From Eledone cirrhosa (lineage: Eukaryota): 64,000 nucleotides of DNA. The notes below the pieces were generated by a model, which was given only the letters and a program-made list of their open reading frames with translations, was not told where the DNA came from and ran no database searches. Below, piece after piece: positions 1 through 15,334 of this stretch; within the stretch, counting starts at the first letter, position 1, and every line of letters starts with the position of its first letter. The position numbers and the translations under genes are program-made. The stretch spans positions 349,804,001 to 349,868,000 of the forward strand of contig OZ024741.1 in NCBI GenBank assembly GCA_964016885.1, written 5' to 3'.

Positions 1-199
1 ATAGAACACACTCAGTTTGGTTTTGGGTTGGTTTTCGCTTCTGTATCTTTTATATCTCCATAATTAATTTATCTGGCAATCAATGTTTATCATTGATTGA
101 CCAACGGTTAAAAATACAGATAAAAATATATATATATATAGTCTACCAAAGTTCTTTCGTCACACATATGTGTGTATGTATATATATATATATATATAT

Positions 200-390
200 T
201 ATGTCAGGTAGCTCTCGAGTGTTACTGGTAACATGTAATCCAGTACAACCTGTCTCATGGTCGGGTCATCGACGACTAAACCGGCAACCCCACCAAGCTT
301 GGTCGGTGAGGAGGGTGATATTTGGACACCCTGCGGGATGAAATACATCACCCGGCAGAGGGCGGCGGAACTCAACAGAGACAACGGCCA
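200..390 (+). repeat. Interspersed repeat of uncertain class; copies at 17240-17432 (+) and 29415-29578 (-)
   Basis: Shared gtg.tactggtaacat...ctaaac..gcaacccc...cacc ctgc segment. Confidence 0.65.
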
Positions 391-745
391 TCCAAATAGT
401 ACTTTTTTTCCACCTAGGAGTGAAAGGCCTCCAGTTGTTGTCACAATTGTTGTCACAGAGGTAAACTGTGAAAAAAAACCTGCGGCTTCGGAAGCATCCG
501 ATAATGTTGACCAGTTCTCCTTCTCGGGTAGTGTTTTCGATGCTCAGAGAGTGGGATTGGTCGAGTGCAAGGCCGTTCCACTTTAAAAACCTTCAAAGAA
601 TAGGCATTGCTTGTTCAGGATCTGTTACAGGTTCGTGTAGATGGCAGAAGCCTAACAGTGCACCATTTTCTGTAGTCTGACAAGCAATTACCCTTAGCAG
701 AAATGTCGTTTCATTTTTTCCGTTTACATATATATATATATATAT

Positions 746-845
<100 letters not shown>

Positions 846-846
846 C

Positions 847-983
<137 letters not shown>

Positions 984-1639
984 GTATATATATTGTTTTC
1001 CAAGGTTTTTGATACGAAATCGTGTGTCGAAACAAATATTGTTATACTTGGGGAGGGTCATATTGTTATAATATTCCCAGAAATAATAACAGAACACACT
1101 CACTGTTTGGTTGGTTTTCGCTTCTGTATCTTTTATATCGCCACAGTTAATTCATTTGACCAGCGGTTAAAAATACAGATATAAATATATATATAGTCTA
1201 TCAAAGTTCTTTCGTTTTACATCTGCAACATCATCAGTAATACTATTATGTTTCCTCCCATTGTATTGTACTGTATGTCTACGCCATTTTTATTTTTATT
1301 TATTTATTTATTTATTTCTTCTTGTCTCTGTCTCTGCGCATGCGTTTGCGTGTGTGTATAGTGTTTGGTGTGCGTGTTGGCGTTTGAGTGTATGTGTTTT
1401 TGTTTTTGTATTCTATCTTTGTTCACTAGTGTGTGTTTATATGTGTTTATTGTTATTGTACATATTTATTTATTTATTTACATTTCCCTTCAGTCAGTAT
1501 TGTTTGGGTATGGTTGCTGTTGTTATTCCATTCGTTTTTTTTTCTGTTTAACTTCGGTCTTCTTAGTTCTATCTCAGTTGTTTCTCTGATTTGCCTACCT
1601 GTAGACTAATTTCTATGCTTAGATATTATTTTCATTTCT

Positions 1640-2730
1640 ATGTTGTCTATATAACCGTTATGTCTTTGTCTGGCGTGTTCGTATAGTACTGAACCGTTTT
1701 TTTTTTGTTTTTTTGTCCTATGTATGTCATCGACATGTTTCTGCAAATACCCTCTGTCCATCTTTGACTATAGACTACATTTCTAGTTTTACAGTTTATC
1801 TGGGGGTTCATTTTACATATAACACATGTCTTAGTAGTGCAGTGGGTTTTCTTAAAGGAGTATGTCTTGCTGATCAGGGATTTTATGGTAGTTCCTGGCT
1901 TTTCTACCATTTTAATTTTTAAATGGGTCTTTCTTAGGGCCTTTCTACACTGGTTAGCTAATTTCCTTCCAGGGGTAGCATCCACGAACATGACACTCTG
2001 GTATCTCTAGTTGTCGTACCATGAAGTGGCTTTCCCTATCTTATGTTTAGTCCTATCTAAGCTATTCCATGATTTGCTCCTGTATAATGAGCAAATTCCT
2101 TTCATGTCCATTTCTATGAGGGTCTTATATTTCTCCGTTACACCTTTGTATATTTCTGATTCTGTCTCTTTGGTTGTAGCCAGAGAACTGCATGCGGTTG
2201 GTGAAGTGTTGGATGTCTTTTCATTTGAGTTGTGTCGCACATGCGAGACACATTCTTCTTCAATCTTACCAAGTCTGCGATCAGAATATTAAACTAAAGG
2301 GTAGTCAACAGTTACAGTTATACTCTGGTGCATGGAGTTAGCTATCAGCTGGATGCTCTCCATTGTGCTATTTTCTAATTCATGTTTATTAGTACTCTCT
2401 TGTGGGGGGTGTTCCTATTAGTATATTAATATCGTCTACGTAACGAGAGTACATGACGAGGTCTATGGAGTTCTCTTCAAGGAGTTCTCTGAGTCCCCTT
2501 TACCACCATACCATAAATAGATTGGCAACATCGCCAGCTATGCTGACGCCAATTGCTGCTCCCTCATTCTGGGTGTAGATCTTTTCGTTAAATTTAAACA
2601 TATGGCCCTTTAGGGTAGTTTTAATACTATCCCCTATTGCATGTGTAACCATTTTTATCACCTGATCATTGTTTTGGGGTGTCCGTATGGCTTTGGTCCA
2701 TCCATTCCATCTTCCCATGGGAGTCTTTTT
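1640..2730 (-). pseudogene. Decayed Penelope-like element (PLE) RT + Cys-rich linker + GIY-YIG fragment, Neptune-like
   Basis: FKFNEKIYTQNEGAAIGVSIAGDVANLFM (PLE RT motif B), RYVDDI at ~2428-2445, then FVDATPG...CTTKTCVICK...CKTRNVVY...TYIGQ; frameshifted. Confidence 0.85.
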
Positions 2731-3113
2731 AGCCATTGAGATTATGTTGGGGGGTCTAATACTAATGTGTGTGCATGTGTGTGTGTGTGTGTGTGTGTGT
2801 GTGAGTGTGTGTGTGTGTGTACTGTATATATATATATATATATATATTAAAATATAAATATACGCAAACATACACACACGAGTAACGCCTCATTCATTCA
2901 GCCATTCATAAAAGCCACGCCAGGATAGTCACTCAATGAAACCATATGAAAGTTGAAACTCATCTTGATTTGATCAACGTAGTCGATCCTCCGTTTACAC
3001 TACGATATTTATTATACTGCCATACAAAGACACTATATACATACATAAATACATATATACATACGTACACACACACACTCACACACACGCACACACTCAT
3101 ATATATATATAAG

Positions 3114-3149
<36 letters not shown>

Positions 3150-3189
3150 AATATACATACATACACATATATATATATATATATATATA

Positions 3190-3278
<89 letters not shown>

Positions 3279-4874
3279 CTCACACACACACCTATGTTGG
3301 TTTTCTTTTCGTTTAACATTTTTGATTTTACATTTTGACAACTCATGTACGGGAGTGTCATTACTTGACACACCTTGTTTATCAAGGTATGATTGTGTGA
3401 CTGCGCATGCTCTTCTGTATATGTATGTATGTATGCATGTAAATATGTATGTATATATGTAAATATCTATGTATGGATGAATGGATGTATAGGTGGATGG
3501 ATGTATGGATAGACGTATGTATATATGTATCTATTAACATGTATGTATATATATAGTATGTATGTGTGTATGTATGTTGACAGATGTGCGTGTATGTATG
3601 TAGGAAGATATGTGGGAGGGTAGGTAGGTAGAAAGGTAGGTAGATAGGGAGGTAGGTAGGGAGTTAGGTAGGGAGGTAATTAGATAGGAAGGCAGGGAGT
3701 TTGGTACAGAGGTAGGTAGGTACATATGTTAGTTTGTTTAAACATACCTCTAACGCCTGACACACAGACAGACGGGGCTTGAAATGTACGTGTATGGTTT
3801 AGTGTTTAGACAATAGAGTATCCAATATTGTCTCCTCTGTACTGTTTTCAGTTCGACATAAGGTCATGCACTTAAACCATGTTTAATTCATAAACTTTGA
3901 AATCTACTCTCTAATGTGATTGATGAGACCATGTTAAAGGTAATGGTAAAATCCACGCAGTGAACATCTAGCAACAAGAGTGAAAGAGCAATAGTGCACA
4001 GCAAACACTCAGCATCACGTAATTCCATTGACTTCCACGCAGCAAACCTTCTACTTGAGAGTCGACTTGCAAATACCTGTGAAATCACTTTCTACTATAT
4101 TGAAAAATGATGGATACATTTTAAATACATAGAGCAATAATAACCTCAACGAAAAAAAAAACAATAACAACAACAAATATTCAAAACCAACCACACGACG
4201 ATGTGCAATACCATGCAATATTCAATTACAGCACATTGATACTCGAAAATTATAAAGAGCTACTGCTAAGTACTGACGAACCAACGTAAGGACATCTACG
4301 CAGTAGCTCAACCTGCAACAAATGACGGCTAAATCTCACTGAAATAACACCCAACTGTCTTAGAAAAGGACACATTGGATAACGCAACCCTAGGAAAATA
4401 TCGGGATGGTCACAGTTGGATTTTTTTTATCATACGTCTGCTCAGCCAAAGCTAACCTGCAGCTAACTAACAACAGCAACAATTGCACCTATCAGCAATG
4501 ACCTGCACCGAGCTGTAATGAGCTAAACTGTGCACCGAAAATCATCACAGAGCACCTAGTGGCTATGGATGGCCATGAATATTAGATTTGGTACAACGCC
4601 GAGCGAAATAGTTCGTAGTTTTGGGGTAAGAGACTTTTACATTTTGAGTTCAAATCCCGCCCAAGTCAATGCCTTGCACACTTAATGTATTTCTCAGGGA
4701 GATTCGGCGTGATGCAATGTACGATAAGACTGGTCCCTTGAAGTACAAGTGCAACTCATTTTTGCCAGCTGAGTGAACTAGAGCAACAGGAAATAAAGCA
4801 TCTCGCTCAAGAACTCAAGAACTCAAGGATCCAACGATCGTGATCTGAACACTCTATCCTTTAAGCCATGCACC

Positions 4875-4967
<93 letters not shown>

Positions 4968-5137
4968 CTCACATATATATATGTGTGGGGGTGAGGTGGG
5001 GTGTATATATATATATATATGTATAAATATCTGCATATATATATATAAATGTATATATATATTTGTATATGTGTGTGTGTATGTATATATACATATTTAC
5101 ATATATATATGCGTGTATGTGTGTATGTATACATATT

Positions 5138-5214
<77 letters not shown>

Positions 5215-5774
5215 TAAGAACAGTTAGATAGGAAAAACAACACAAGAGAAGAACACAATACAATAATTATAGTTGTTTAATGTTTTGATAGTTTTGAAAA
5301 TGATGTTAAAGTTTCGGATGCTAGTATTTCTATAGAAGATAGAACATCGAGAAGAGACTATATTTGGGGACACAGAAGAAAAATGAAGACAGACGTATTT
5401 TAAAAATGCAGAGTAAAAGATAAAGAGAGAAAGCATGTGTTGTTATTAGACGGATATCTTTAAACAACATATACTAGTTGGATACAATATTTTAGGTGAA
5501 TACTTTATATATTACTTGATTACCCAATGTAACTCGGGAAATAAAACACTCAATTGATAGCCAATTTGTTTTAAAGTATCTTGATAATTCTGCATAAATT
5601 TATTCATTCATTTAAACCGGCCCAGTTCTCTTTAATATCATACCCAAAGTACAATCAAAACAGAAACAGACACCATAAATTTCAAAATTCCTGGACGAAT
5701 TTCTTCAAGATATCCCGGACAAACCCCCTACACATCCACGTTACACCATTTACAAGAATCTATTTACGCTTCTT

Positions 5775-6200
5775 GTGACGCTAAACTCCGCCAGTTGCAG
5801 ACTGTGCATCCAACATGTGATATCTCTCTCCACAAAGTTCGATCACGAGCAACAGAGTTCAAAGAGCAAAGACCAAAACCAGTCCATAAGTTGACATTAT
5901 CAAGCCATCGTTTTGCTGCCGGCCTCTGCTTCTCTTACTAGCCAACCTTCCTTCCAGGCATAACCTATTCACACCACGAGTTGATCTTTTTATATGGCCG
6001 TATAGTTTTGAATACTCCTGTCTTTACAATTGATGTAATTGGTCTAATTTGGTAATGTTGAGCAGCTCACTGATACAGATACGGTCGCTGAGCCGCTTGC
6101 CATTCATAAGTCTAGTGATGTAGTTCTGGAATGTAGAGAGCTTCTGAAGTGACCTTGTCGTAACAATTAACACAGTCAAAACCATATAACACTACTGGAA
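5775..6200 (-). mobile_element. RTE-clade LINE 3' fragment, degenerate
   Basis: Manual minus-strand translation gives YGHIKR...LEGRLASKRSRGR...RWLDNV...ARDRTLWR, the typical RTE C-terminus. Confidence 0.65.
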
Positions 6201-7164
6201 ATATGTAAGTATCAAAGATCTTAACTTTCAAATGTTTAGCGTAAACAGCCTTCATTTGAAGGCTATTTACGCTAGCAAAGCTTAAACAAACAATTCACAG
6301 CTAAAGCCTTCCTGATAAATAATGTTTCCTATTTAAGCAATCTGGCTTTTTCTTTTTACTCTTATTAGGACTGTATATTAATATATAGCACTGTCACTAA
6401 TTTAGCAGCCGTTGGAGCACCATAATATATGAGTGACATTTAAAGAATGAAAAAAAAAGAGTGAAATGACTGACAGTGACACTTCTAGAATAAAAATGAT
6501 ATTTTGGGTGTATATAAAAATGAGAAAGCTAAAATGTTTCAACGAAAAGTTTTGTATAATACTTGGCAAAATTGTTGATATGACACAATGGAAAAGAAAT
6601 ATATTTTTTAAATGAATATTAACTTCATGTTTAGTAATAAAGAAGATGACCCTTAACTCCTATTGGGGTCGTAGAGGCGTTATCCTGATACACACAGACA
6701 CAAACACATATAGAGACGGACAGACACACACAAATATATAGCGTCGTTCAGGGGCTTGAACGAAAGGACAACTTAACCCAATAAAAAATGTTTTGAAAAC
6801 CTAAAAACGGAGAAAGCAAACTTCGCTAACATCAATTTTTTTTTATACATGTTATAAAGATCCTTTTTATATATATATACTAGGTGCGCTTTTCGAATCC
6901 CTTTTTTATTATCATTTTCCTTCCATTTTTTTTTTCTATTTATTTATTTTCTTCCTCTTCGCCATCGTCTACTTGTCTTTTCTTTCCGGAATAACTTTCC
7001 AGTTATTGACGCACTGTGGATAGACGTATTGTCTTTGATATGCCGAAACGTCCGAGACCCACAGCAAACAACTGAAGAGGGGATCTGTCCTTTGTGTTTT
7101 CCTTATATTTCTAAACACTCGTTTTTAGTAACCACACATCACATTGTCCCTTCTAAATTTACAC

Positions 7165-7264
<100 letters not shown>

Positions 7265-8267
7265 TGTATTGGATGTGTGCGTGTGAGAGCATGTATGTGT
7301 GTTTGTGTGCGGACGTGTGTCCATACAACACACTTAACATATAGAAGAAAACACATCTAACACACATACATGTCACCACTACTTTCGCTATCGGATCACC
7401 ATCTGATACTTTCTTTCATTTTGTAAATATAAAATGTCCTTAATGGCGGTCGACTTTCTCATATCAAATTTCTATATTCCGTTTTTATCTCCCCTTTCCG
7501 TCCTCGCTTCTTTTATATATTCTTTTCCCTGCTCTATCCACCTATTCACTTGTTAGCCTCCAAATAATTTCACGCCATCTTATATTGCAATCGTAAAGTC
7601 GTGGTCGTTTAACTAAACATGCAACAGCTGCAATAGCTAATTTCTCATACACGCTCTCATGATATCACATGTTAATCGCCATTTTATCATTTTTCTTTGT
7701 TGTTGTTGTTGTTGTTGTGTTGTATTTTTGTTGGATTGTGGTCTTTTTTGTTGTTTTTTGTGTATTTAGTGTTGTTTTGCAAGTGTACACATATTTGCCG
7801 CGTGCATTTTTTGTAGGGGTGTATCTAAGTTTGTGTATGTAAGTGTGTTTGATTACGCATGCAGTAAATATTATTATCATTATTATTGTCGGATTGGCAG
7901 AATCGTTAAAATGTTGGACAAAAAAAACATTGTGGTATTTAGTTATGACTTACTACTTTTTAAACCGTAGAGTGTGGGACAAAGTGCTTTGTGGCGTAGT
8001 GTTACAGCTCTTTATGTTCTGAGTTGAAATCCTGCTCAGGATGGATAATATAAAGTACTAGTCTATTACTGGTGTCGATATAATCAACTACCCATCGCCA
8101 CAAATTGTTGGCCTTGTGCCTTTTAAACTCTGTGCTTCAGGGTTATACTTTACATCAGCAGAAAAAAACCATGTCACAAACCACTACATGTATGAGAAAA
8201 TAAGTACCTGTCCACTAGTAAACGCAGTCATCTATTGGCAGTTATTGTTCATTGGACATTCAATAAG

Positions 8268-8672
8268 AAGACGCTTTTTCTTCGTCCACTTATTCCTGAG
8301 AGAGTCGTGGGGGCAGAGTCTTCAAACACTCCTTCCAGCGGATCCTGTCAGAAGCAGCCGTCTCCAACTGATCCAGCTGGATCCCTAAGCATGACCAGCC
8401 AAGCTCATGGATATTATCCAACCATCTTGCTCGGGGTCTAACCGTCTGGTTCTCTTGCCGGTTGGTTTTGCCCGTAAAATCTGTCCAGAGATTATTTCCT
8501 GAGACATTCTAACCACATGCCCATAGTATCGAAGCTGTGATCTCTCAATTCGGAGAAGTAGCCACTCTATCTGGAGTGATTCTCTGATCTCCCAACTACG
8601 CACTTTATCGAGTAACGTTGCTCCAAAGACCCTTCGGAGAAATCTCATTTCGGCCGCTTGTATACGCGATCG
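8268..8672 (-). mobile_element. RTE-clade LINE 3' fragment
   Basis: MRFLRRVFGATLLDKVRSWEIRESL...RSQLRYYGHVVRM...GKRTR; homologous to 24805-25160. Confidence 0.85.
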
Positions 8673-9331
8673 ATTAAAAGAAGCGAGAGCGATAACCTGT
8701 CTGTACGTCCTACAATATGGGCAATGAAACAGGGACAGCTAGAAACCAACCTATGCAAAGCATATTGCTGATCGCCTTCGTCAGGATGTCCAACTGAAAG
8801 AGAATGAAATGCGCAAAGCTGAAAGGCATGAAGATCTATTGCTAAGGCCGCCTCTTGTTACTACACACCAGGATGAACGGGAGCCAACTTTGAGTAGGAC
8901 GTTAGCGAGGTATGTATAGATGTATGTATGTATGGTCTCGTAACTCCTGGCAGAGTCGTAGGGGCGCCGTATTAACATGCGGCATTTCTTGGGCATTTTA
9001 AGCCTGGTGGAGCCCATCCCTCTCCAGGCCTGTGTACAGCAGATTTCTTCCAGATAGAAAATAAAAGAGAGGAAATGAGAAAAAGCTATAGAGGAAGAAT
9101 CGACCCCAATATTAGACTGGTAATTTTTTGTCGACCTCAAAATGATGAAAGGCAAAGTTGACCTCAGCGGGATTTGAACTGAGAGAACAGAGGGCCTGAA
9201 CGAATACCATAAGGCATTCTACCCGACGTGCTAACGACTCTGCCAATTCACCGCCGATATGTATAGATAACTATCTCTAATCTCCATTACGTGTACTAGC
9301 AGAAACCACCCTGGTAGTAATAGTAATAGTT

Positions 9332-9403
<72 letters not shown>

Positions 9404-9601
9404 AAGTGGTTGTTGATGTTGGTGTTGCTGGCGATAGAGATTGCGCTGGTGGAGTTGGTGATAGAAAAGGGAGATAAAGATGGAGGAAGAATGGGTGAAG
9501 GAAGTGGTGTGAGAAGGAAAATATGATGAGAGAAAAGAGGAGAGAAGGAGAAAAAGGGAAAGAGAGAGGAAATGAGATAGAGAGTGGAAAGAAAGAGAGT
9601 G

Positions 9602-9724
<123 letters not shown>

Positions 9725-9976
9725 GAGAGGGAGAGGGGCGAAAGAGAGAAGAAATGAGTTAGAGAGTGGAAAGGAAGATAGATAGATAGATAGATAGATA
9801 GATTGATTGATTGATTGATTGATTGATAGATAGATTGATTGATAGATATAGAGAGAGGGGGAGAACGGGAAAGGGAAAGAGAGACGAAATGAGATAGAAT
9901 GAAAGAGAGAGAGGGGGGAAAGGGAAAGGGAGAGGAAATGAGATAGAGAGTGGAAAGAAAGAGTGTGAAAGAGAGG

Positions 9977-10038
<62 letters not shown>

Positions 10039-10118
10039 GAGAGAAAGAGAAAGAGAGAGGAAATGAGATAGATAGAGGAAAGTAAGAGAGTGAAAGGGAG
10101 ATAGAATGATAAATAAAT

Positions 10119-10149
<31 letters not shown>

Positions 10150-10717
10150 GAGAGAAAGGAAGAGAGAAGCAAACAACTACACCAAGGGCCAGGATATTGT
10201 ATTGTAATAGCTAGTAGTGTTATCAGATAAGTGGTGAAAATATAGTCACTGGAGCCCTCCATATTGACATACGAGTAAGTGACGTTATTGGCAGGCAGGA
10301 TATTGTATTATTATTAGAGTTGTATGAATACTTCAAGTTCCCATCTTAATTGGCAATGGAGATTCATTGAAAAACTGGCGACAGTAATAGAGTGATTTGA
10401 TCCGATGGACGCTGTTACACCTACACTAATGTCTCAACCAAATTGGAATGAATTGTTTTGTTCACACAAAAACCAGTTGGCTGCGGTCAGATGATTGAGT
10501 CATCTAACTGTCTAGACGTCCCGTTGTTTCCAGTCTATCTATATATCTATCTATCTATCTATCTATCTAGCTGACTGTTTCCCTCCCCCTCTCCGCTCTC
10601 TTAGTATATATGTAAAGAGAGATAGGCAGATAAATAGATACATTTATACATATATTCATGCTTACACACGCACACATGCACACACACACACACACATATA
10701 TATATATAATATATATG

Positions 10718-10766
<49 letters not shown>

Positions 10767-10769
<3 letters not shown>

Positions 10770-10952
10770 AAAAGGTATGACCCCGACGGCAGAGCTCAAG
10801 CCGTTTCGACGGCTATTTCTGGAAATAGCGGTCGAAACGGCTTGAGCTCTGCCGTCGAGGTCATACCTTTTCCTATTACCCACTCTACTACCCTAAGTAT
10901 TGAGTATTCTGGTGCGTTATGGTCCATCTGGTTCTTTACCACAATTCCTTCG

Positions 10953-10993
<41 letters not shown>

Positions 10994-11177
10994 AAAAGGT
11001 ATGACCCCGACGGCAGAGCTCAAGCCGTTTCGACGGCTATTTCTGGAAATAGCGGTCGAAACGGCTTGAGCTCTGCCGTCGAGGTCATACCTTTTCCTAT
11101 TACCCACTCTACTACCCTAAGTATTGAGTATTCTGGTGCGTTATGGTCCATCTGGTTCTTTACCACAATTCCTTCGT
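10767..11177 (+). mobile_element. Two tandem short family-A fold-back copies (10767-10953, 10991-11177) separated by (TA)n
   Basis: 53-bp arms around a 2-nt spacer plus family tail; the two copies read as identical. Confidence 0.9.
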
Positions 11178-11188
11178 TATATATATAT

Positions 11189-11222
<34 letters not shown>

Positions 11223-11267
11223 CACACAATATATAAGAACAAAAGATGGTTAAAAGAGTTCCATGTA

Positions 11268-11334
11268 TTTTATTATGCGCATTTCAAAAACAAACATCAT
11301 CATGCAATAATATTTGTGTTTTCATCAGATAAAA
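11268..11334 (-). ncRNA. Minimal type I hammerhead ribozyme
   Basis: UUUUAU-CUGAUGA-AAACACAAA/UUUGUUUUU-GAAA-UGCGCA-UA-AUAAAA. Confidence 0.82.
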
Positions 11335-11418
11335 CAGGAAGACATGATATGAAGGTTAAAAAACACTTGTGGATAGTGCAGTTTTAAATCAACATATGAA
11401 AATTAGTTTTATTTATAC

Positions 11419-11569
<151 letters not shown>

Positions 11570-12029
11570 TGTATGTATACGCATATATATGTGTACATCA
11601 CTCATTCAAAATCACATGAAAAGCCAACTGTATATAGCTCTATCCCGCCAATACTAGGTGAGATAACATGCGGGGTGTGCAAAAAAAATCTGCAAATCAC
11701 TTTCTGGTTTTAAAAGGTATATGAGGGTACATATGGATGACATCCCACAAACTGACCCATCAATCCAATAGAGGGCACATATTTTGTCTGTCACATTTGC
11801 TTAAAGGCGACCTATGAGGCTATGAACGGGTGTTTGGAGTTGGTGACGGTTGATGTGTGTACATAGGGAGACGTCAATCATCTGCAAAGATCAAGCAATC
11901 ACCATGTATGTATGTTGCTCCTTGTTGTAAATATATATGAAATAACAGATAACAGACAATAATCTTCGTTGACTTCGATCTTTTTAAAAGTCACCGTCCG
12001 TTTCGCGTTGTCGTACCCTTCGAATAACA

Positions 12030-12105
<76 letters not shown>

Positions 12106-12577
12106 CCGTGTATGTGTGAGTGAGAGGGAGATAAAGAGAGAGAGATAGAGAGTGTGTGTGTGTGTGTGTGTACTAAGTTAAGGCATCATAACATATATAT
12201 ATTGTATATATATATATTGTTCTTCTTTTTGGTAAATATCATCTTGGTTAAGAGAGTGGGACTGGCTTTGTGCAGTGCCTTTGCTCACTATAAAAGCTTC
12301 ACGGCACAGGCATTGCTTTATATCTGGAGATCTCTCTGCACTTGTCGCCACGTGGTACCATGGGCCCAGCACTATGTGTCAATGATTGTCACAGGTGTAG
12401 TGTTTGTACCAGAGTTTTCAAGTCGCTGGCTGGACTAAAAAGTCAAACTCGTTCAGCGCATCGGTAGGGGTTCTCCTACATGGATATAAAGTAGTGGCCG
12501 TACTCGAAAACGAGTTGGCAGCCACCACCATGTATGTATGTATGTATGTATGTATGTATATATATATATATGTATGC

Positions 12578-12626
<49 letters not shown>

Positions 12627-12827
12627 TGTATGTGTATATATATATATATATAAACGGAGATAGAGAGAGAGAGAAAAGGGGAGCGAGAGAGAGAAAGAGG
12701 GAAAGTGAGAGAAAGAGAGAGAGAGAGAGAGAATGAGATACCGAGTTAAATCGGATGTCACCACAGTTAAAAAGGTACACTATACATTAGTTGAGTGGTA
12801 AATATTATTATTTAATATAGAAATGGC

Positions 12828-12872
12828 TTCTACAGGACTAGAACTGTTTCGTTCGAATGAAATCATCAGGAA
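12828..12872 (-). ncRNA. Hammerhead ribozyme within fold-back 12802-12949
   Basis: UUC-CUGAUGA-U.UUC(AUUC)GAA.C-GAAA-CAG(8 nt)CUG-UA-GAA. Confidence 0.72.
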
Positions 12873-13945
12873 TGCGCATTCTTACACATTTCATACGAAT
12901 GAAACAGTTCTAGTCCTGTAGGAGCCATTTCTCTATTAAATAATGATATATATATAAATGTGTGTGGGGGGGGTGCATGCGTGTGGTTTCCTACATAACT
13001 TTACTTCTGTAATGGTATTTATTATATTTAACAGATTGATATAAATCCTAATACAATTGAAAATTTAATGAACTGAATATCGTTGTGTGTGTGCGCGCGC
13101 GTATTGTGTATGTGTGTGCGTGTGCGTGTGCGTGAGAATGGGAATGTGTCTATATGTCTGTGAGTTTGTGTTTGTGTGAATGTGTGTGTGTGTGTTAGTG
13201 TGAATGTGTATCTGTATGTACGTGTGTGTGGGGGGGGGGGTGAACGTCCGTGTGTATGAGACACCTCTAAAATATAAAACAGAAGACAAAAATAAAATAC
13301 TGCTATTCTCTTATTCTCGTGACTAAGTGTACTGTTTCAACATTTGCAATCACATGTAAGGCAAAACTTGAATGTGTTAATTTACTTCTCAGCATATTTA
13401 AATACAAATGTGTTGTATACTATTAACAATAGGTCATTCATACTGGTTTATGAATCGCCTGTGAATGAGGGGTGGTTGGCTTGAAAATGAAACTAATTAA
13501 ATTTTAGATATTTGAACACACCTCTCACCACCGCCCCCAACCCAACCCCTAAGACAAAAAATGATTAGCAAAAGCATTTAAAAATACAAAAAACATCAAA
13601 GAAATCTTTTACATTAACCATTCAATGGATTTTCAACTTAGCTAGTCAAAGCAAGCGAAACACACATCATTAATATGGTTCTCCTGAAATACTAGTCAAT
13701 TTTGTATTCCTGTTAGCGTATATATTTCTATGGACACGTTAAACGATACCTTGGCTAAGAACACAGCTGTTCAAAGTTCAATGTTTCCACTCAAATATGC
13801 AATATAGCGAACGAGGTTAAACCTTCATTCGAAGTAAGACTACAATGCCGTTTCGATTGAAGTTTGATGTGCTCTTTTAGTTTATTTTTGTCATTAACCA
13901 CTTTCAGAATGCCCATTTTATTCTGTAACACACATACACAATTTG

Positions 13946-14016
<71 letters not shown>

Positions 14017-14278
14017 CGAGTTGGGGAAAAAGGGAAAAATACATTCATCGTTCGTTTGTTTTGAATCGTCTTCATTTTTACATTTGAAAAGAGGGCGTTA
14101 GCTCCGAAATATTATGTTGATATATACTTGGTATAAACATTACTTTGTCTTATTTTATTTGTCATTCATTACATTTTTTATTTCTACTGCATTTTACCGG
14201 CTTACTTAAACTTATCTGTGATTTATTACATATCTCACAATGCTTCATATTAACTATACTTCTAAGTATATATATATA

Positions 14279-14421
14279 TAACAAAGAAGATGTGGCAAGG
14301 TACAAGGAGGTCCATAACGCACCAGAGTACTCAATACTTAGGGTAGTAGAGTGGGTAATGGAGATAAGAGTCAGGACCCCGACGGCTGAGCTCCGGCCGT
14401 TTCGACAGCTAGATCCGAACT
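14279..14421 (-). mobile_element. Family-A single-arm copy (related partial copies at 17058-17185 and 56301-56436)
   Basis: Reverse complement of the stem III-GUC-stem I segment plus tail. Confidence 0.8.
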
Positions 14422-14479
14422 AAACCAGCAGTATTTAGCTAAACTTATCAAGATGTACAGTCCATTCTAATACTGCTGG

Positions 14480-14513
<34 letters not shown>

Positions 14514-14516
<3 letters not shown>

Positions 14517-14867
14517 TGGCGGATTGGCCAGGTTGCCAGGTTGCCAGGTTGCCCAAAGGCAAGTGGGCTCCAGGGGGCCCACGATAGCGTTGCAATAGCC
14601 CACAGTAGTATTCAGGGCCCACTGTAGTATATTAGGGGCCAATGCTTTGCTTTCAAAAAATACCTGAAATCTAAGAAAAAGAATAAAATATTTTTTAAAA
14701 TAAATAAAACAATTAAGCAAAGTATTTGGTCAACCAATTCCGCAGGGAAGTACTAGAAACTAAAATATACGATAGTGCAAATAGTTGGAATCAGTGGTTG
14801 TACATTCTACTAAATCTAAAGCTTAGTGTATTCATTCATGCATACATATATAGACACAGACACACAA

Positions 14868-14904
<37 letters not shown>

Positions 14905-15289
14905 CACACGAACTACTGACCAAATAATATTCGGTATCAATGCGTTAAAGACATCTGTCAAATCAATTAGTGGCGAAGTTGGTGTGTATATATATATGTG
15001 TGTGTGAGTGTATAGACACACACACACACGCGCACACATATACATTTATATGTGTGTGTGTGAGTGTGAAAGACCAAAGGTCGTTATTGAAAGTCTCTGG
15101 ATTTTGCAAAATACATATCTTTTATTGGAGAAGGTAAGACATTTTTCCGCAAAAATTTGATTGCACTGTTTTGCTTCCACTTATGTATTTTTTGAAAATG
15201 TTATTCATTATAAAAATTAAATGATAGCATTCTATATGTAGGTAGGCTCCCTTCATCTGGCAACCAATATTTTTAGACCTAGTCCGCCA

Positions 15290-15292
<3 letters not shown>
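14514..15292. mobile_element. Non-autonomous DNA transposon (hAT/Tip100-like MITE) in (TA)n; right end duplicated at 16113-16332
   Basis: Terminal inverted repeats CAGTGGCGGA...TCCGCCACTG; subterminal ggttgcc and gggccc repeats. Confidence 0.65.
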
Positions 15293-15334
<42 letters not shown>

